Assembly (NCBI GenBank): GCA_038087875.1
Contig: CM075989.1
Location: 17,856,001 to 17,920,000 of the forward strand
Direction: 5' to 3'
From: Malacoraja senta
Lineage: Eukaryota
DNA: 64,000 bases
Of the stretch, positions 23,007-38,413 are shown one piece after another (the stretch's first letter is position 1; each line of letters begins with the position of its first letter). The notes beneath the pieces are model-generated. The model saw nothing but the letters and a program-made list of their open reading frames with translations, did no database searches and was not told the origin of the DNA. Made by a program: the position numbers and the translations under genes.

Positions 23007-23943
23007 TTAGAATCAACAGATTAAGATGATTAAAAATGTGAGTAGAGTGTAAACACCATCATGGACAGATTGAATCAATGACTGGTTTCTGTGCCACGTA
23101 GGTTGCAGTGAGTCCTCCAACAGCCATCATGTGTTCCAGCAAAGGGCCTCAGTAAATCACCAGAGACCAGGTCATCATTAGTAACCTACCCTCCTTTTCA
23201 GGGTGACTTTCGAGGCACATAGGGTCAGCTCAGTCGGCTCTCAGTAAATGACCGTGTGCCGACAGGAGCCAAGGGATGCAGTACGATCCAGCCCAGTGAG
23301 AGCTCATAAAACTGTCTGTAATAGACAGTAATTAAAACATATTGATAGTCACAAACTATCAACAAAATTTGTGTTTGGCCTTTATATTTGGCATAATAAA
23401 AAATGTATTATTATTCAAACTTAAGTAAATATTCTAGTTCAGTGGTTTTTTAAACGTTATTTGACGACCTATGTTAACCAGTGGTTCACCCACAACCCAG
23501 TTCTCTGGTGTGCAGCCACTGTTTAAGAGTGGTGAGAGCAGCCCACTTTAACAAGATATCCCATGACCCACCCAAGGCTCCTGCTCTAATCTAAGATACC
23601 CATTTAGAAGATAGACAAAATATGCTGGAGCAACTCAGCAGGACAGGCAGCATCTATGGAGAAAAGGAATGGGTGAGGTTTCAGGTCGAGAGTGAAGAAG
23701 GGACTCCACCCGAAACGTCATTTATTTCTTCTCTCCAGAGATGCTGCCAGTCCCGCTGCGTAACTCCAGCATTTTGTGTCTATCATCGGTATTAACTAGC
23801 ATCTGCAGTTCATTCCGACCCATTTAGAAGTTTACATTTTCTTCCTCCTTCCTCCACACTGCTATTAAACTAAGCCATTAACACAATAGTAACCACACAC
23901 AAACATCAAGACCTGACACCCGGGCATTGAAAGAAATACTTCA

Positions 23944-24045
<102 letters not shown>

Positions 24046-24768
24046 CTAAAAAGATTGTTAAAAGTTGACAGATCAGTAACATTGACAATATTCACTTTAT
24101 AAATTACTGCCTCCACATACGATTTCTAAGAAAAATGGTTTGATTCAAATTGTACACACAGGGCTCTAAATGAAAGCCTCAAAAAAACGTTCAAGTTTAT
24201 ATTTGTTTCAAGTCTTTCATTTATTTTACAGTATTTTCTGACTATGCAGTGGCCTTTTGGGTACCACTCCATAATAATGAACTTTCTGCTGATTGAGGAA
24301 TTCCATTTTTCCAGTTAAACCACGGCTTACAAAACAATGCAATTGTTAACCAGCGTAGATGGACTGCACTTCACTCAACAGGCTATCACCCAAGGTCCAA
24401 AGCTTAAACAAAATGGGATAAAGCATTAGCTAAAATTCAAATATCAATTGTGTGCAACTGTATTAAGTGGTTTTGGAAATAGATTCCACACTTGCTTTCC
24501 CAACAAAAAGAACTTTGAGGGAAATAGTTTGGATTTGAAGGACAATCCTTCATAGAAATATAGCTATGCAAAAATTAAAGTTACGTAAATGGACCTAAAC
24601 AAAAGATATTGTGATGGGACAAGAGATTTTATGATATTTCCCTCTCACAGTTTATATTCTATTCAAGTATCTATATACACGGAAAATACTAATGTTTATT
24701 AAAATAATTGTCTCAAACTAAATCCCTCTCTTCCCTGGTCAGAGAATGAGAAGAGCGGTAGTTCACAC

Positions 24769-25068
24769 CTTATCCATACTGAACAGAGCCTGGTACTGTG
24801 GGATGACAGCATTTCGAGGTTCTGTTAAAATCCGCACCAACGTTTCCTCGTTCAGACTGTGTAGTGGGACGATCACAGGCAGACGTCCGACAAATTCTGG
24901 TATCATTCCAAATTCTATCAGGTCTCGGGCTTCGACATGGCGAAGTAGTCTGTCCTTTTCTTCCAGTTCCTGGACAGTATTGTTGTCACCACTTGTGTTT
25001 TCTAAATCAGCAGCTGCTGCTGCCCGTCTCCCTTTACCAAGATTTGAGGCCGTCCCAAATCCAAGGTA
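24769..25068 (-). CDS. CLPX: CLPX exon 11 (YLGFG...QALFSMDK)
   Basis: Within ORF 24763..25122; LGF loop and PEFVGRLP; 300 nt. Confidence 0.96.
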
Positions 25069-25685
25069 CTGCAGGGAGAGGGAGCACGAGAGAGAGACAG
25101 GGAGAGAGTGGGGGGGATGCAAAAACTGATTAATGGATACAATTTCTAAATTAGTAAATCCAAAAAAGGATAATTGATAATTTTGTAAATCATAAGAATT
25201 CTTAGCACAGATATGCTTAAAATAAGGTTCAAAGATCAGTTTATTGTCACGTGTACCAATTGAGGTACAATGAAACTCGAAATAGTGAAGACTTTCAACT
25301 GTGATATGGCTTTTCCACAGGCACCTGTAAAAGGACTGATTTTTATAGAAGTATCTTTGTTAAAATGCTTTCTGACCTTGTCAGCAAGTTGTATTAATTT
25401 AAGGCTTTTAATCATATTTCCAATAAGTCAGCATTCACTATCAGTGAGTTACAAATACACATGGAGGTTATTCAACAAGGTCATAGTTGGGTTTGGCTGC
25501 GATAAAGCTAAAAGCAAGCTAGCTCCTGCTGTTAGTTGTCCTTAATCGCACAGAAATGGCCACTTGGAAGGAACTGTAAACTCCAGGCAGAATTTGGACA
25601 AGTAAAAAAAAGTAGTGGTAAAACATAAATGCTTCTAGGGGAATGCAACGAACAGAATGTATGACAAGAAAGTCAGCATTACCTA

Positions 25686-25904
<219 letters not shown>

Positions 25905-27961
25905 CTAAATCGTGGGATAAAAGGAAACCGTCACAATACAAAACAGGAAATCCTGGGGCCACGAGTCTTCAATCACTCTTTCAAAGAGCAATCTTCCACC
26001 AACCTCTGTATGGACAGGCTTTTGTTGCACAGAATTTTACATGCGCTATGTTTACCTATACCACTGCATGCATCCTTTTGAATGTCTGCTTCATTGTCCA
26101 CTTGTCACCTGAAAATGTTGTCTATACTTACAATTCCAATGAAAAGCAGCATTGTCCTTGTAATCAGCCCTGGGAAATGTCAAGGTACAGTTCCCTAATC
26201 AAAGAAATAGTCATTCACCACAACTAATTTCATTCACTTTGCAAATTCTGTATTCATGTTGCCACTTCCCTTTTTCCCTTGACCTAATATGTGGTACTTA
26301 TCAAAAGCTTTCTTAAAATCATTAGCTACTCAATCTCATTCTTCTTTCACCAAAAAAATTAAATCAAGTCAGTCAAATACAATTTGCCTTTAAGAACTAG
26401 GCATTAGCTTCTCGTTAATGATCCACGCTGATCCAAATTATTGTTAATTTACTCCTGTATTATTATTATCTCAAATAATCTAAAGTCATAGAGTCATACA
26501 GCATGGAAACAAGCCCCATGGCCCAACTTGCCCATGGCGACCAACCTGTCCATACGCATAATCCACAATTTCACTGTACCTCCGTGTATATGACACAAAG
26601 TACATACCATACATACCATGTCTTTTTATGTTATTATCGTATCTCAACTACCTCTTCTGGCAACTCGAAACATCTAAAATGGCAGTGTTGTAATGATCAG
26701 GTTCATATCTTTTTTTTAAACAAGATGGAATACTATGTATATTTTAATATCACTTTTATTAGTCATAAACATATGGTAGAGCTTCCCATTTCCCTGTGGT
26801 GCCTTTAAAAATCACCTACTCAATCTTTTGCTGCCATATTAAAACAATTATAATTTTCTTCTATATTTGATGCCTAACTTATTTTCCGCTTTTCAAAATA
26901 AACCGCTTATTCCCTTGGCTTTCAATTTAACCATGATTTCAGAGTTTGATGCACACTTTCACCAATAATTAATGTGAAATACACCCTTTACATTATACCT
27001 TACCACAGATACGTTGTACTGCACAGCATTACCATGCAACTTCCCTTAACATACCAGGTACACAAAGTGCCAGTTTCATTCCGCTGAAATGATTTCAAGT
27101 CTAAACACCTTGAGCTTATCTTTTCCTATCTCTGTTTTTAATGTATTTCTTGGTAATGAAGTAATTGTTGCTATTTTATGTTCAGGTCGCTTATTCTAAT
27201 TCACTGTTTAGACTAAATCTGAATGGATTCTTTCTGACCAAATATGCAATATACCAAGAATGAGGTTTTTTGGAAACGAATCTTATTCAAGTCAGATATA
27301 TTTGCTTCGGCTCTGGATAGCCTAGGATAGTCAAAGTCCTTATAAGTCACCCACATATCCTTTCCCCCATTTAATTCTAATATCTGGTAGTTCATAACTT
27401 AATCCCATTCCCACTTTTATTCAGATTGCTTATCTGTGCACCACAATCAAGAAACTCTTCTCCAATTGCCTGAAAGTGCACAAAGCTGAAGTGTTAAAGA
27501 AAAAGAGAAGAGTGGCATGAGAATATACCATTTGCTATCAAGCAACAATAGAATAAAAACCTTCTCACTGTCAATAAATATATAATTATGTGTGCTAATT
27601 TACAGTTAATAGAATACAATACTTCTTTTCCGTGACATAATCATGCCCAGTAATCACGCATATTTGTTGTTTCAGACTTGGAACTGCGAGATGCTAAACA
27701 TTTCTAATGGACACACTACCAGGAAAAAGGCGGGCAGAACCAGAAGAAAACCATTAGTGAGGACTAAACTAGCCATGCACGACCTACTTGCCTATTATAG
27801 ATATCTGGCTGAAAGATTTGTGCTCTTATGATCTGTTCAGCTGTTTTAATCGGTGTCTTTGACTTAACCAATAAAATCTATTAACTCAGTTGAGCTCCAA
27901 TATATTAAGTTTAAGAGATTAATCAAGTTGGCTGAAATAAATGTTATTTATCAAACAGTTC

Positions 27962-29150
27962 ACAAGTTATAGGAGTAGAATTAAGCCATTCAGCCCATCG
28001 GGCCTACTCCACCATTCAATCATGGTTGATCTCTGCCTCATAATCCCATTTTCCTGCCTTCTCCCCATAACCCTTGACACCCGTTCTAATCAAGAATTTG
28101 TCTATCTCTGCCTTAAAAATATCCACTGACTTGGCCTCTACAGCCCTCTATTGTAATAAGTTCCACAGATTAACTACCCTCTGAATAAAGAAGTTCGTCC
28201 TCACCTCCTTTCTAAAAGAGCGCCCTTTAATTCTGAGGCTATGACCTCTGATCCTAGACTCTCCCACCAGTGGAAACATCCTCTCCACATCCACTCTATC
28301 TATGCCTTTCATTATTTTGGTCCTGGTGTCCAAGTGCAAAATTATCAAAATAGACAATAGACAATAGGCGCAGGAGGAGGCCATTCGGTCCTTCGAGCCA
28401 GCCCCGCCATTCAATGTGATCATGGCTGATCATCCACAATCAGTACCCTGTTCCTGCCTTCTCCCCATATCCCCCGACTCCACTATCTTTAAGAGCCCTA
28501 TCTAGCTCTCTCTTGAAAGTATCCAGAGAACCGGTCTTACATAGTTACATATGGTCTTACTGCAAGTATTTAGGAAAGCTAATGGAATGATGTGGTTTGT
28601 TGCAAGAGGGAAAGAATACAAAAGAGAGATTGTGTTTTAGTTACTTAAGGGCATAAGCGAGACCACATCTGGAGTACCGTGTACACTGTTGATCTCAATC
28701 AAGTAAGAATGTGATTGTATTGGACATTTTTCAGAAAACGTTTGTTGAGAAAACATAGAATGGTTCAGTTGTTTTGCGATGAAAAAGATGAATAAAGATA
28801 AATTTGTATCCACTGGAATGTAGGAGAGTGAGAGATTTAATTGAAACATACAAGGTCCCGAGGCATGTTGACAGGATGGGAGAAAATGTTTCCTCTTGTG
28901 GGAGGATATAGAAGTAGGGGGTTACTTTTTATCTATGAGGATGCTCATTTAAAGCAAATTAGGCCATTTTTTGTTCAGACAAATGCTCTCCCTCATAGGC
29001 CGTTAGAAGCAGTATTTTGAGTATCTTAATGGTAGAGTTAGATAGATTCTTGATAAGCAACAAGGGCGAAGCATTGGAGATAAACGATTGGAGATAAATG
29101 CAGTTGCTTTTTATTAAACGACAGGACAGGTTAGATGGGCTAAATTACCT
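27962..29150. mobile_element. Cluster of CR1-type LINE fragments (27962-28316 -, 28351-28533 -, about 28560-29150 +)
   Basis: ORF 28148..28423 (ERMFPLVGESR.RGHSLRIKG..F..QRVVNLWN), family tails and an RPHLEY remnant. Confidence 0.75.
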
Positions 29151-29384
29151 ATTCCTCATTTGCATGTACAGCTCAAACTATTTAGTTAACGCTTTTGCTT
29201 GATGAAACCTAAATTCCTCTATAGGCCATAACATAATTTCTCTCTATTCTAATCAATGCCCATAGGGTCGCTTATTTCTATTGGTTCTGCAGAGAATACT
29301 TAAACCCAAAACCTCAGCTATTTTATTATGAGTACGCTGAACACTTGTTATCTAAAAGCATTTCTTCATTAACCTATTTAATTA

Positions 29385-29774
<390 letters not shown>

Positions 29775-31182
29775 TCAACGACCAGGTTCTTCAACCTGAA
29801 ACAATAACTCTGTTTCTCTTTCCACAGATATTGCCTGACCTGCCCAACTTTAAAAGAGTTTTTTCTGTTTTTACTTTGGACTTTAAACGTCTGCAATTTT
29901 TTTTGTTTTCGTTAATAATCAATGAGAATCAATTTTAAAGTCACATTTTGATGAAAAATCACATCCAAGCTGACAGTTCAAGCAATTGCTCAGATAAAAC
30001 ACAAAGACCACAGCGAGTATTGTCTTTGACTTTGTTGAAATAAGGGTAACCTCTCGTGATTTTGCTTTACAAGTAGCTTTGTATTTTTAAGTCGCATGTA
30101 TTTCTAAGCATAATATTCTTCATGGTAATTCAACACAAAAGACAAAAACTTGTATTATCGGTCGGTATCAATACCCTAGCTAGGATTTTGCCGTTGTAAT
30201 AATGTTAAACTGTTAGTGTTTGCGATCATTAGAGCATGAAAGTGACAGCTGCTTCTATGGGTACGCACACTACCAGTTAAACACAGAAAGTTATTTCAAT
30301 GATCCCAGCATGATCTCCAGAAATCACTGAACTGAAGAGAACTTCAAGCATTTATGAACTATTCTAACAAGAAAATACTCTGAAAATATTATTATCCATG
30401 AGTAAATATTTTCTAAAGATGCACAAGAAGGGCCTCGACCTGAAACGTCACCCATTCCTTCTCTCCATAGATGCTGCCTGTCTCGTTGAGTTACTCCAGC
30501 TCTTGTGTCTATCTTTGGTTTAAACCAGCATCTGCAGTTCCTTCTTGCACATCATTATAGTTCAACACACCACTAACTGTGAGCAACCTCTAGCTCTATG
30601 GATAATTTTAAAAGTAATTCTCACATAATCATCTCAAAACAACAAATGTAACTATTTCCATTTGTATTTTTAAAAGGTTAATCTTTGATGTCATTGCCTT
30701 CCCCAATGACTTCTTTACAATTGACATCCAGTCTAATGGCATCATTGCAAGAGCTGCATGGGACTCCCTAGAACTAAAGTTTAACAGCAATGTACATTAG
30801 AAGGGGATAAATCCCCACCACAGTGACCGAAGGATGCATGTGTGCAGCTTTCTCAGAGCACAGCATGTACATTTGTGCCTTGTGCTGAATGCCAAATCTG
30901 GGCCATTGAGTTTAGTATGTCTAATAAACAATGAAACATCCTTTCATAATCTGTGAAAAAGGACGAGGGCTGTAAACAGTAATCATGACTAATTTAATGA
31001 ATGAAGTATCTGGCAAAGACTGCGGCGCATGCTGTGAGAATTATTAAGAGTTGTTTTGGTGGATAAGTTGAATATCTGAATACAAAATTAAAGATGGTCA
31101 AGGCAACATTGTGAAGACGATGAATTCTATAATTGAGGCTTCTACATTTATTATAGGTCAAGTTAATGCCCCACCAAACTCA

Positions 31183-31672
<490 letters not shown>

Positions 31673-32215
31673 CAAATTTTCATTCTACAAATAAAATCAA
31701 TGTGGCACATTGCAAATCAAACAAATCTGTAGATGCAGTTAATATATTGTGTACAAAGAAAATACACAACTAATAAATCATCTTGGCATTGAAGTTATTT
31801 ATATAAAAGGACAATGATTTTTCAACAATAATTTGCTACACATTGACAGAGGAGATTCATTGACTGGAATGCTGTGTGGCTCACTCTCGATTTCTAAATT
31901 TTTCTGTTTTGGTTTTAGATTCTTTTGCATCTCGATTCATTATCTTTGATGATTCCATTCACAGAAGATGGCAATGAAAATACATCATGTAAAACTTAAC
32001 GTAAGACAAGCAAACAGCAACATTGAATTAGTCGTATGCAGAATCAATACTTCCAGCAAGTGTGTTCCTTTCTTCAGAGTCTCAGTGTTGACTTTGTCTT
32101 TAAGAACTCAAATCTGGTATAGTTTTCATAATATTTGTTTTTAAAAAAAGGATTGCAGAGTATGGGCATAATAATGCTCACAGCAGTATCATAAAGACAC
32201 TTTTTAAAAACTGAC

Positions 32216-32392
32216 CTGATCCTGTGGGACCAAGCAATAGAATATTGCTCTTCTCCAGCTTAATATCATCATGAGCCGAATCAAGCACCTCGCCCCCTCG
32301 CTTCTCCTGGGGAACTGACTGACTCGCCTGTTGCTGCATGGAAGCTCCCAGGGCATTACCGTGTGGATTGATACCTGCTATTTGCAGTAGCT
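32216..32392 (-). CDS. CLPX: CLPX exon 7 ([11 protein letters not shown]...[10 protein letters not shown])
   Basis: Within ORF 32178..32459; acceptor CCTGCAG|AG, donor TCAG|GTCAG. Confidence 0.96.
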
Positions 32393-32509
32393 CTGCAGGG
32401 AAGAAAAGCAAGCCTTCAGAATAAAAACATTTGCAAATACCTCCAAACATTTCCTGCACTGGGGTGATTCAAACACACTGTATATAGGCAGTATACACTG
32501 TATAAAGAA

Positions 32510-32985
32510 TGTGGAGAGGATGTTTCCATTAGTGGGGGAGTCAAGAACTAGAGGTCTGTTAAAAAAAAAGGAACTGCAGATGCTGGAAAATCGAAGGTAC
32601 ACAAAAATGCTGGAGAAATTCAGCGGGTGCAGCAGCATCTATGGAGCGAAGGAAATAGGCAACGTTTCGTGCCAAAACCCTTCTTCAGAAATAGAGTTCA
32701 TTGCCTCAGAATTAAAGAACGATCTTTTAGGAAGGAGATGAGGAGAAATTTCTTTAGTCAAAGGGTGGTGAATCTGTGGAATTCTTTGCCACAGAAGGCT
32801 GTAGAGGCCAAGTCAGTGGATATTTTTAACGCAGAGATAGATTCTTGATTAATACAGGTATCAGAGGTTATGGGGAGAAGGCAGGAGAATGGGGTTAGGA
32901 GGGAGAGACAGATCAGCCATGATTGAATGGCGGAGTAGACTTGATGGGCCGAATGGACTAATTCTACTCCTATTCATTATGACCT
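32510..32985 (+). mobile_element. CR1-type LINE 3' fragment interrupted by a minus-strand Penelope end (about 32557-32690)
   Basis: ERMFPLVGESRTRG | insert | LRIK.RSFRKEMRRNFFSQRVVNLWNSLPQKAVEA. Confidence 0.8.
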
Positions 32986-34359
32986 TATTTTGTACTTGTA
33001 ACTGGCTACCAATGCATTGAATGTAAAACAAAAAACATGTTATTTACATCAAGTATTTAATATGCAACACAGATCCTAATAGCTCTGTGGCACACAAAAT
33101 AGTAATTCTGTATGAAATATGACAGATTGTAAAGAACATTTACAAGAGTGTGATTTCAAAATTGTAATCCAAGCTAGGTCTCACAAATTGATTGGGGCCT
33201 ATATACTACTAGTAAACAAATATAACAGTACAGCACAAATACAGGCCCTTCAGCCCACAAGGAAACATAATGTTACTACTTTGTTAAGATTATATTAGGT
33301 TTTCAAAGTATCCTTTGATTACATACATAAAGAAACATTACCAATGATTTGGTCCACAAATAAATAAAAATACAATTTAATGGGAATGGATTTTTGGGGG
33401 TGAGTGTGGGTATGGTGGAAAAAGATTAATCGATAAGTGATGGGAAAGGAAAGACTGATTTCTCTTACCAGCATTGATGTAAGGTATAATACACACACAG
33501 TAAAGATGCCACAGATAAAAGATGATCTACTATTGATGAATAATGTTCACGCCCCAGTCCCATGGAGTGAACTTTATTACTAAGAGTAAATAACACCACA
33601 CTTCATGCTTTTAAGTTAAGAAAACATATAATATTGAAACTGAAATCAAAATAAAGATTGCTAGAACTGAGATTTAAATATCTGTACACAGATCCATAAC
33701 AAACTGATTTAAATGTAAAATAGTGCAGTTACCATGTGCAAGAGTTATAATTATACTGTCATATGCACAACTCAGCTGGAGTATTGTTTGGCCTCTAAAG
33801 GTACAAAGGAAATTCTCTTTCCCACGTGGGGAAATTGAACCAGTTAAAATGTCTAAATTTCTTGCTGGAAATGTGCACATATGGATGAAAATTGAAGAGT
33901 AGTGATCATGAAATACTCAAATACAAAGAGGCAGGATCACTGATATATATGCAAACTAATTTGGTGAACGTTCAAATAATTGTATTTCTTCCTACCCTAA
34001 CTTCTTTATCTTTTCAAGAAACTCATTGGTATTTCATTCGCCTTCAGTTTTTGAGTCAGATGAAGTACTATAGTTAATTCTTATTTCTAATATACCATCA
34101 TTTCCTTCAGTTATTTAAACCAAAGACTTTTTCCTTCCTTTCATTTGTAACATAATGCAAGTTAAAATTCCGGTTGGCATAGCTACAAGTACAAGCCTTC
34201 AATGATGAGCAGATTTAACAGGTAGCTGCTTGCCTCAGTCCCACCCCAAATCACTCTAATTCACCCCAAGAACTGAACTGACTCTTTTTAGCAATATAAG
34301 CACCTAATTAACACTGGTAACAAAACCACGCTCAAGCAACACCTTATTTTTACAACACC

Positions 34360-34652
34360 GTAAATTGGAGGAAATGCACCTCATATTCCGCTTGGGCAGT
34401 CTACATCCTGGTGGCCTGAACGTTGAATTCTCCCAATTCTGCTAGCCCTGGCTGTCCCCTCCCCTTCATCAGCCATCTGGTTGTCTCCTCCCCTCCCCCA
34501 GCCCTCGGGCTCCTCCTCCGCCTTTTCCTTTTTTCCTTTCTCCCCACCCCCTATCAGTCTGAAGAAGGGTTTCGGCCCGAAACGTTACCTATTTCCTTCG
34601 CTCCATAGATGCTGCTGCACCCGCTGAGTTTCTCCAGCATTTTTGTGTACCT
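34360..34652 (+). mobile_element. Penelope-like 3' fragment
   Basis: KLEEMHLIFRLGSLHPGGLNVEFS peptide plus CTGAAGAAGGGTTTCGGCCCGAAACG motif. Confidence 0.75.
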
Positions 34653-36949
34653 TATTTTTAATTAATGTCTTAGAATTGTACTGTTTGTCTGCACTGGAGT
34701 ATGAGTACGTGTGTGAACTTGCTTGCATGTACATTCTCAGTACAATCTCTGAAACTCTTCTCTGGTGATACTCAAGGCAAGTGAGGAGTGCGGTGGAATA
34801 CAGTTCAACTGTCTGGGCGAGGGGCATCTCAAACAACACCCAAGAAGCTCCAGCTAAAATCTGTTTTGTCGTTGGCATTCCATTCACCTCCCTAGATATA
34901 TTCGCTCTCCACCACTGCAGCTGCAGTGTGTACAATCGTTGCTAAACATGCAAAGAGTTTGTCACGCCACATCCCAACACAATAAATTTGAGTGGTAGCA
35001 GCCCCATTGGAACTTTCATTTCCTGCAAGTTCCCTTTTGTCACAAACTAAAGTGATCAAGAAAATACAACATGATGCCATCATCCATGATGGATCAAAGG
35101 CCTGGAATTCTATCTACCTGCAGAATAGCTTCACCAGAAAGACTGAAGCGATACAAGACAGCTCATCAATAGTTGTACAGACCATTAAAGCATGGAGTAA
35201 AAATAGCTCACTCCAGTACTGGAAAGTAGATTTTCCATATATTTGCCAGCATTGTAGAGCTATTACAGCAAGATGAGAGGTACAATTCACAATACCTCTC
35301 TTACACGTCAACACAAACTGATAGTTATTCACAGCAAAGCCAAAGTGAAACTCAAAATTGTGAGTCAGAAGCAGAATTTGGAACGCAGATACAAAAATGG
35401 GTCACCTTTCTAAAGATGAACTACTTATTCTATTTATTGCATCACCAACAACTTGCATTTGCAGAAGAAGAAAGTAGAATGATGTGCCTTGTAAGCAATC
35501 ACTGGAAAGGTAAAAAAGATTGGGAACGGGAGGGAGCGGGCGAGCGAGAGCAAGAGAAATCACAAGTACAACATACAACACACTTGGCAAATAAAAAATC
35601 ATCTGCAAGTAATGGGTAGATTTTAAAGATCCATCATAAATAAACTTGAGCTGAATTATGTCAGTCGCTCTCACCAGTAAATTGGATAATAAATGACTGT
35701 CCATTTAAGAGGCTCAGCCTTTAAATAGACCAGTTCATATTTCAAATATACCCAGATCCCAAGTGCTTAGAATGAATGCTGGGTTAATTATTTACAAACT
35801 GAAAAGAGAGAAGCCAGCAGTAAGTTCAGAAAATGTAATAAGATTGATAGAGGATCAAAGAACACATTTGTTTCAAAATCAATATTTGCTTGACAATATA
35901 ACTCCACCAGATGGTATATGTCTCATCCCTGTTCTCAAGCATTATGTGCATGTTCCCAAACGAGTTATTTTTTTAGACATTGTAATATACTCAACCTGTC
36001 TATTAGTATAAATAAAGGATGAAAATATTTTGAACATGTTAGTGATAAAATCACTTGGATTTAAAGCAAACTAGTCGACACATCTATCAAACAGTTGGAG
36101 GCTGTCACAACTTTCCAATGAAAGTAACTTATCAATTTCGCTCTGGCAGTCAGTGAGAGAAAGTAAGAGAGAAGTGGCTCTGGGTGTTAGATTTCCCAGA
36201 GGCTGCAATAATTCAGGAATCCTGATTCAGCAACCCAGTCAACATCACACTTGCACTTCAGTGACACTGCTCCCTTGGACACAGGGTGGCAATGCTGACT
36301 GGCAGAAAGTTTGCTGGTAGGCAAAGTGTAAGAAGCAGGTATGCTGTGCAGACTTATATTCATCTGAACTAAATTGAAAACTGCAACAGGCATAACAGAC
36401 ATTGATTTAGATGTCAACTCCTATGTGGTGCTATTGTAGGCACAGCATTATAAGGGTTTTATAGCTGCATGTACTGTTTGATTTTGATCAGTCCGAAGAA
36501 GAGTCCCAACCCGAAACATCACTTATCCATGTCCTCCAGATATGCTGCCTGACATGTTACTCCAGCACCTCATATTATTTGTTTGTAAATCTGCATCTCC
36601 TTCTTGATATAGAACATTATGACCAATTTGATGATCTACCGGTAGCTTGATGACTACAGCTTTTGTAATGCATGGCCTATTGAGATAAAAAAATAACCTG
36701 CACACCTTAAGTTCAAAACGAGCTCCGTGCACTTCCTGACGTTTCACTACAACATTAACATGTCCCTAATCTCTTGTGGGATCTATTCCAGGTTATTAAA
36801 AGAAACTGCAGGGGCTTTAAAAAATAACTTTGTATCCTCTCTAACCAAGGTGAAGTTCTGGTGGACTAAAGAGTAGCTAATGTTATTTTATTTGTTTAAG
36901 AAGGGAAGTAAAATAATCAAAATAAGGGAAGCTGTTGGAGAGGATTTGT

Positions 36950-37002
36950 CAGGATAGGATTTACTTGCATTTGGAAGAGAAATGCAAGTAAATCCTATCC
37001 TG
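36950..37002. repeat. Perfect 23-bp inverted repeat with 7-nt loop
   Basis: CAGGATAGGATTTACTTGCATTT-GGAAGAG-AAATGCAAGTAAATCCTATCCTG. Confidence 0.95.
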
Positions 37003-37727
37003 CATGGCTAGGATCAGTCAGCATGGCTTTATTCGCAGAAGGTCATGTCTTGCTGCCTTTAATGCCTGGTCTTATTTTCCATGATATACAAACTACCATG
37101 GCCACCTTTACTGAACAGACCAATAAATCCTAGTTAGGGAGGAACAAATAAATGTAAATGTGACCGTGCCTGCCTAGAATTTGTACAATACATGCACCCG
37201 GGTGGTTATTATCAAAAGACAACACTGCCACAGCTCTTAAAATCTTGCTAGTTTCAAAAGATGCAGTTGGTGTTATAATGATTAAAAAGCATAGCACAAT
37301 AATGCAGTTTACATTTCAAACGGTGCATCTACACACAAGTACATAGATGCACAAAACATACAATGCTCCAGATCTGTGGAATTGCAAAGAAAGATTTTAA
37401 ATTGTCATTCAAATAATGGTCGCAATGAATGAATAAATGAACACCAATGTTGGAAAGCTAAAATTTTTTGTAAGAATCAAAGTGGTAAAAATTTATATCG
37501 TCTAAAGGCAGGTGTATTAATCATTCTTCTTGTGGGCTGCCACAAACAACACTATTGATCAATTTACTGCATAACATTGGAGTATAATGAAATTATGTGT
37601 TTGCCTATTAACATTTGGGTGGGGTTTACCACAATGAACAATTTGAGAGACAGTTATCAAAAGTTTTTGTGTATCATGGGAAAAATAAGCCAACTTTTCT
37701 CAAACAAATCTTCCAATTCATGGCATA

Positions 37728-38028
37728 GGGCGGCTCAGCTCAACGATAGAGTTGCTGCCTTACAGCGCCAGAGACCCGTGTTCGATCTTGACTACTGGTG
37801 CTGTCTGTATGAGTATGAACGTTCTCCCTGTGTCCACTTACGTTTTCTCCGGGTGCTGCAGTTTCCTCCCACACTCTAAAGACGTACAGGTTTGTAGGTT
37901 AATTGGCTTCTGTAAATTGTCCCTAGTGTGCTGGATAGTGCTCGTGTATGGGGTGATTGCTGTTTGGCACGGACTCGGAGGGCCGAAGGGCCTGTTTCCA
38001 CACTGTATTTTGAAAGTAAAGTCTAAAG
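37728..38028 (+). mobile_element. HE1-like SINE
   Basis: Same head, core and tail as the 31396 copy. Confidence 0.8.
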
Positions 38029-38413
38029 TAACAAATGTTTATGGACAATTACGACTCCAAAAAGAACATGACAAATGACCCCTAAAAGAAGGAAGAGGCA
38101 GCTACGGAATACAGAAAACGTGGATGAATTTTGCCAAACAATGATGAATTTCAAGAGGCTCCTTATCATAATGTTGCACTTAATTTCAGAAACCGTCTGT
38201 ATTTAGTTCATTTTGCTTAATAATGTGTAAGTCTTTTGATTACGTTTTATATTTGTTATTCTCCTTATTCTAGATTATCACCTGTGTCCATTTTTAGATC
38301 ACCAATGGCTATCTTTGTGGCTGGATACACAATTCAGTTAAAAAGCAGACTGTTTTCAAAGAAAAAAGAAAAAACAAAAGAAGGGCACAGGTGAGAAGAT
38401 GGAGTCAACTTAC

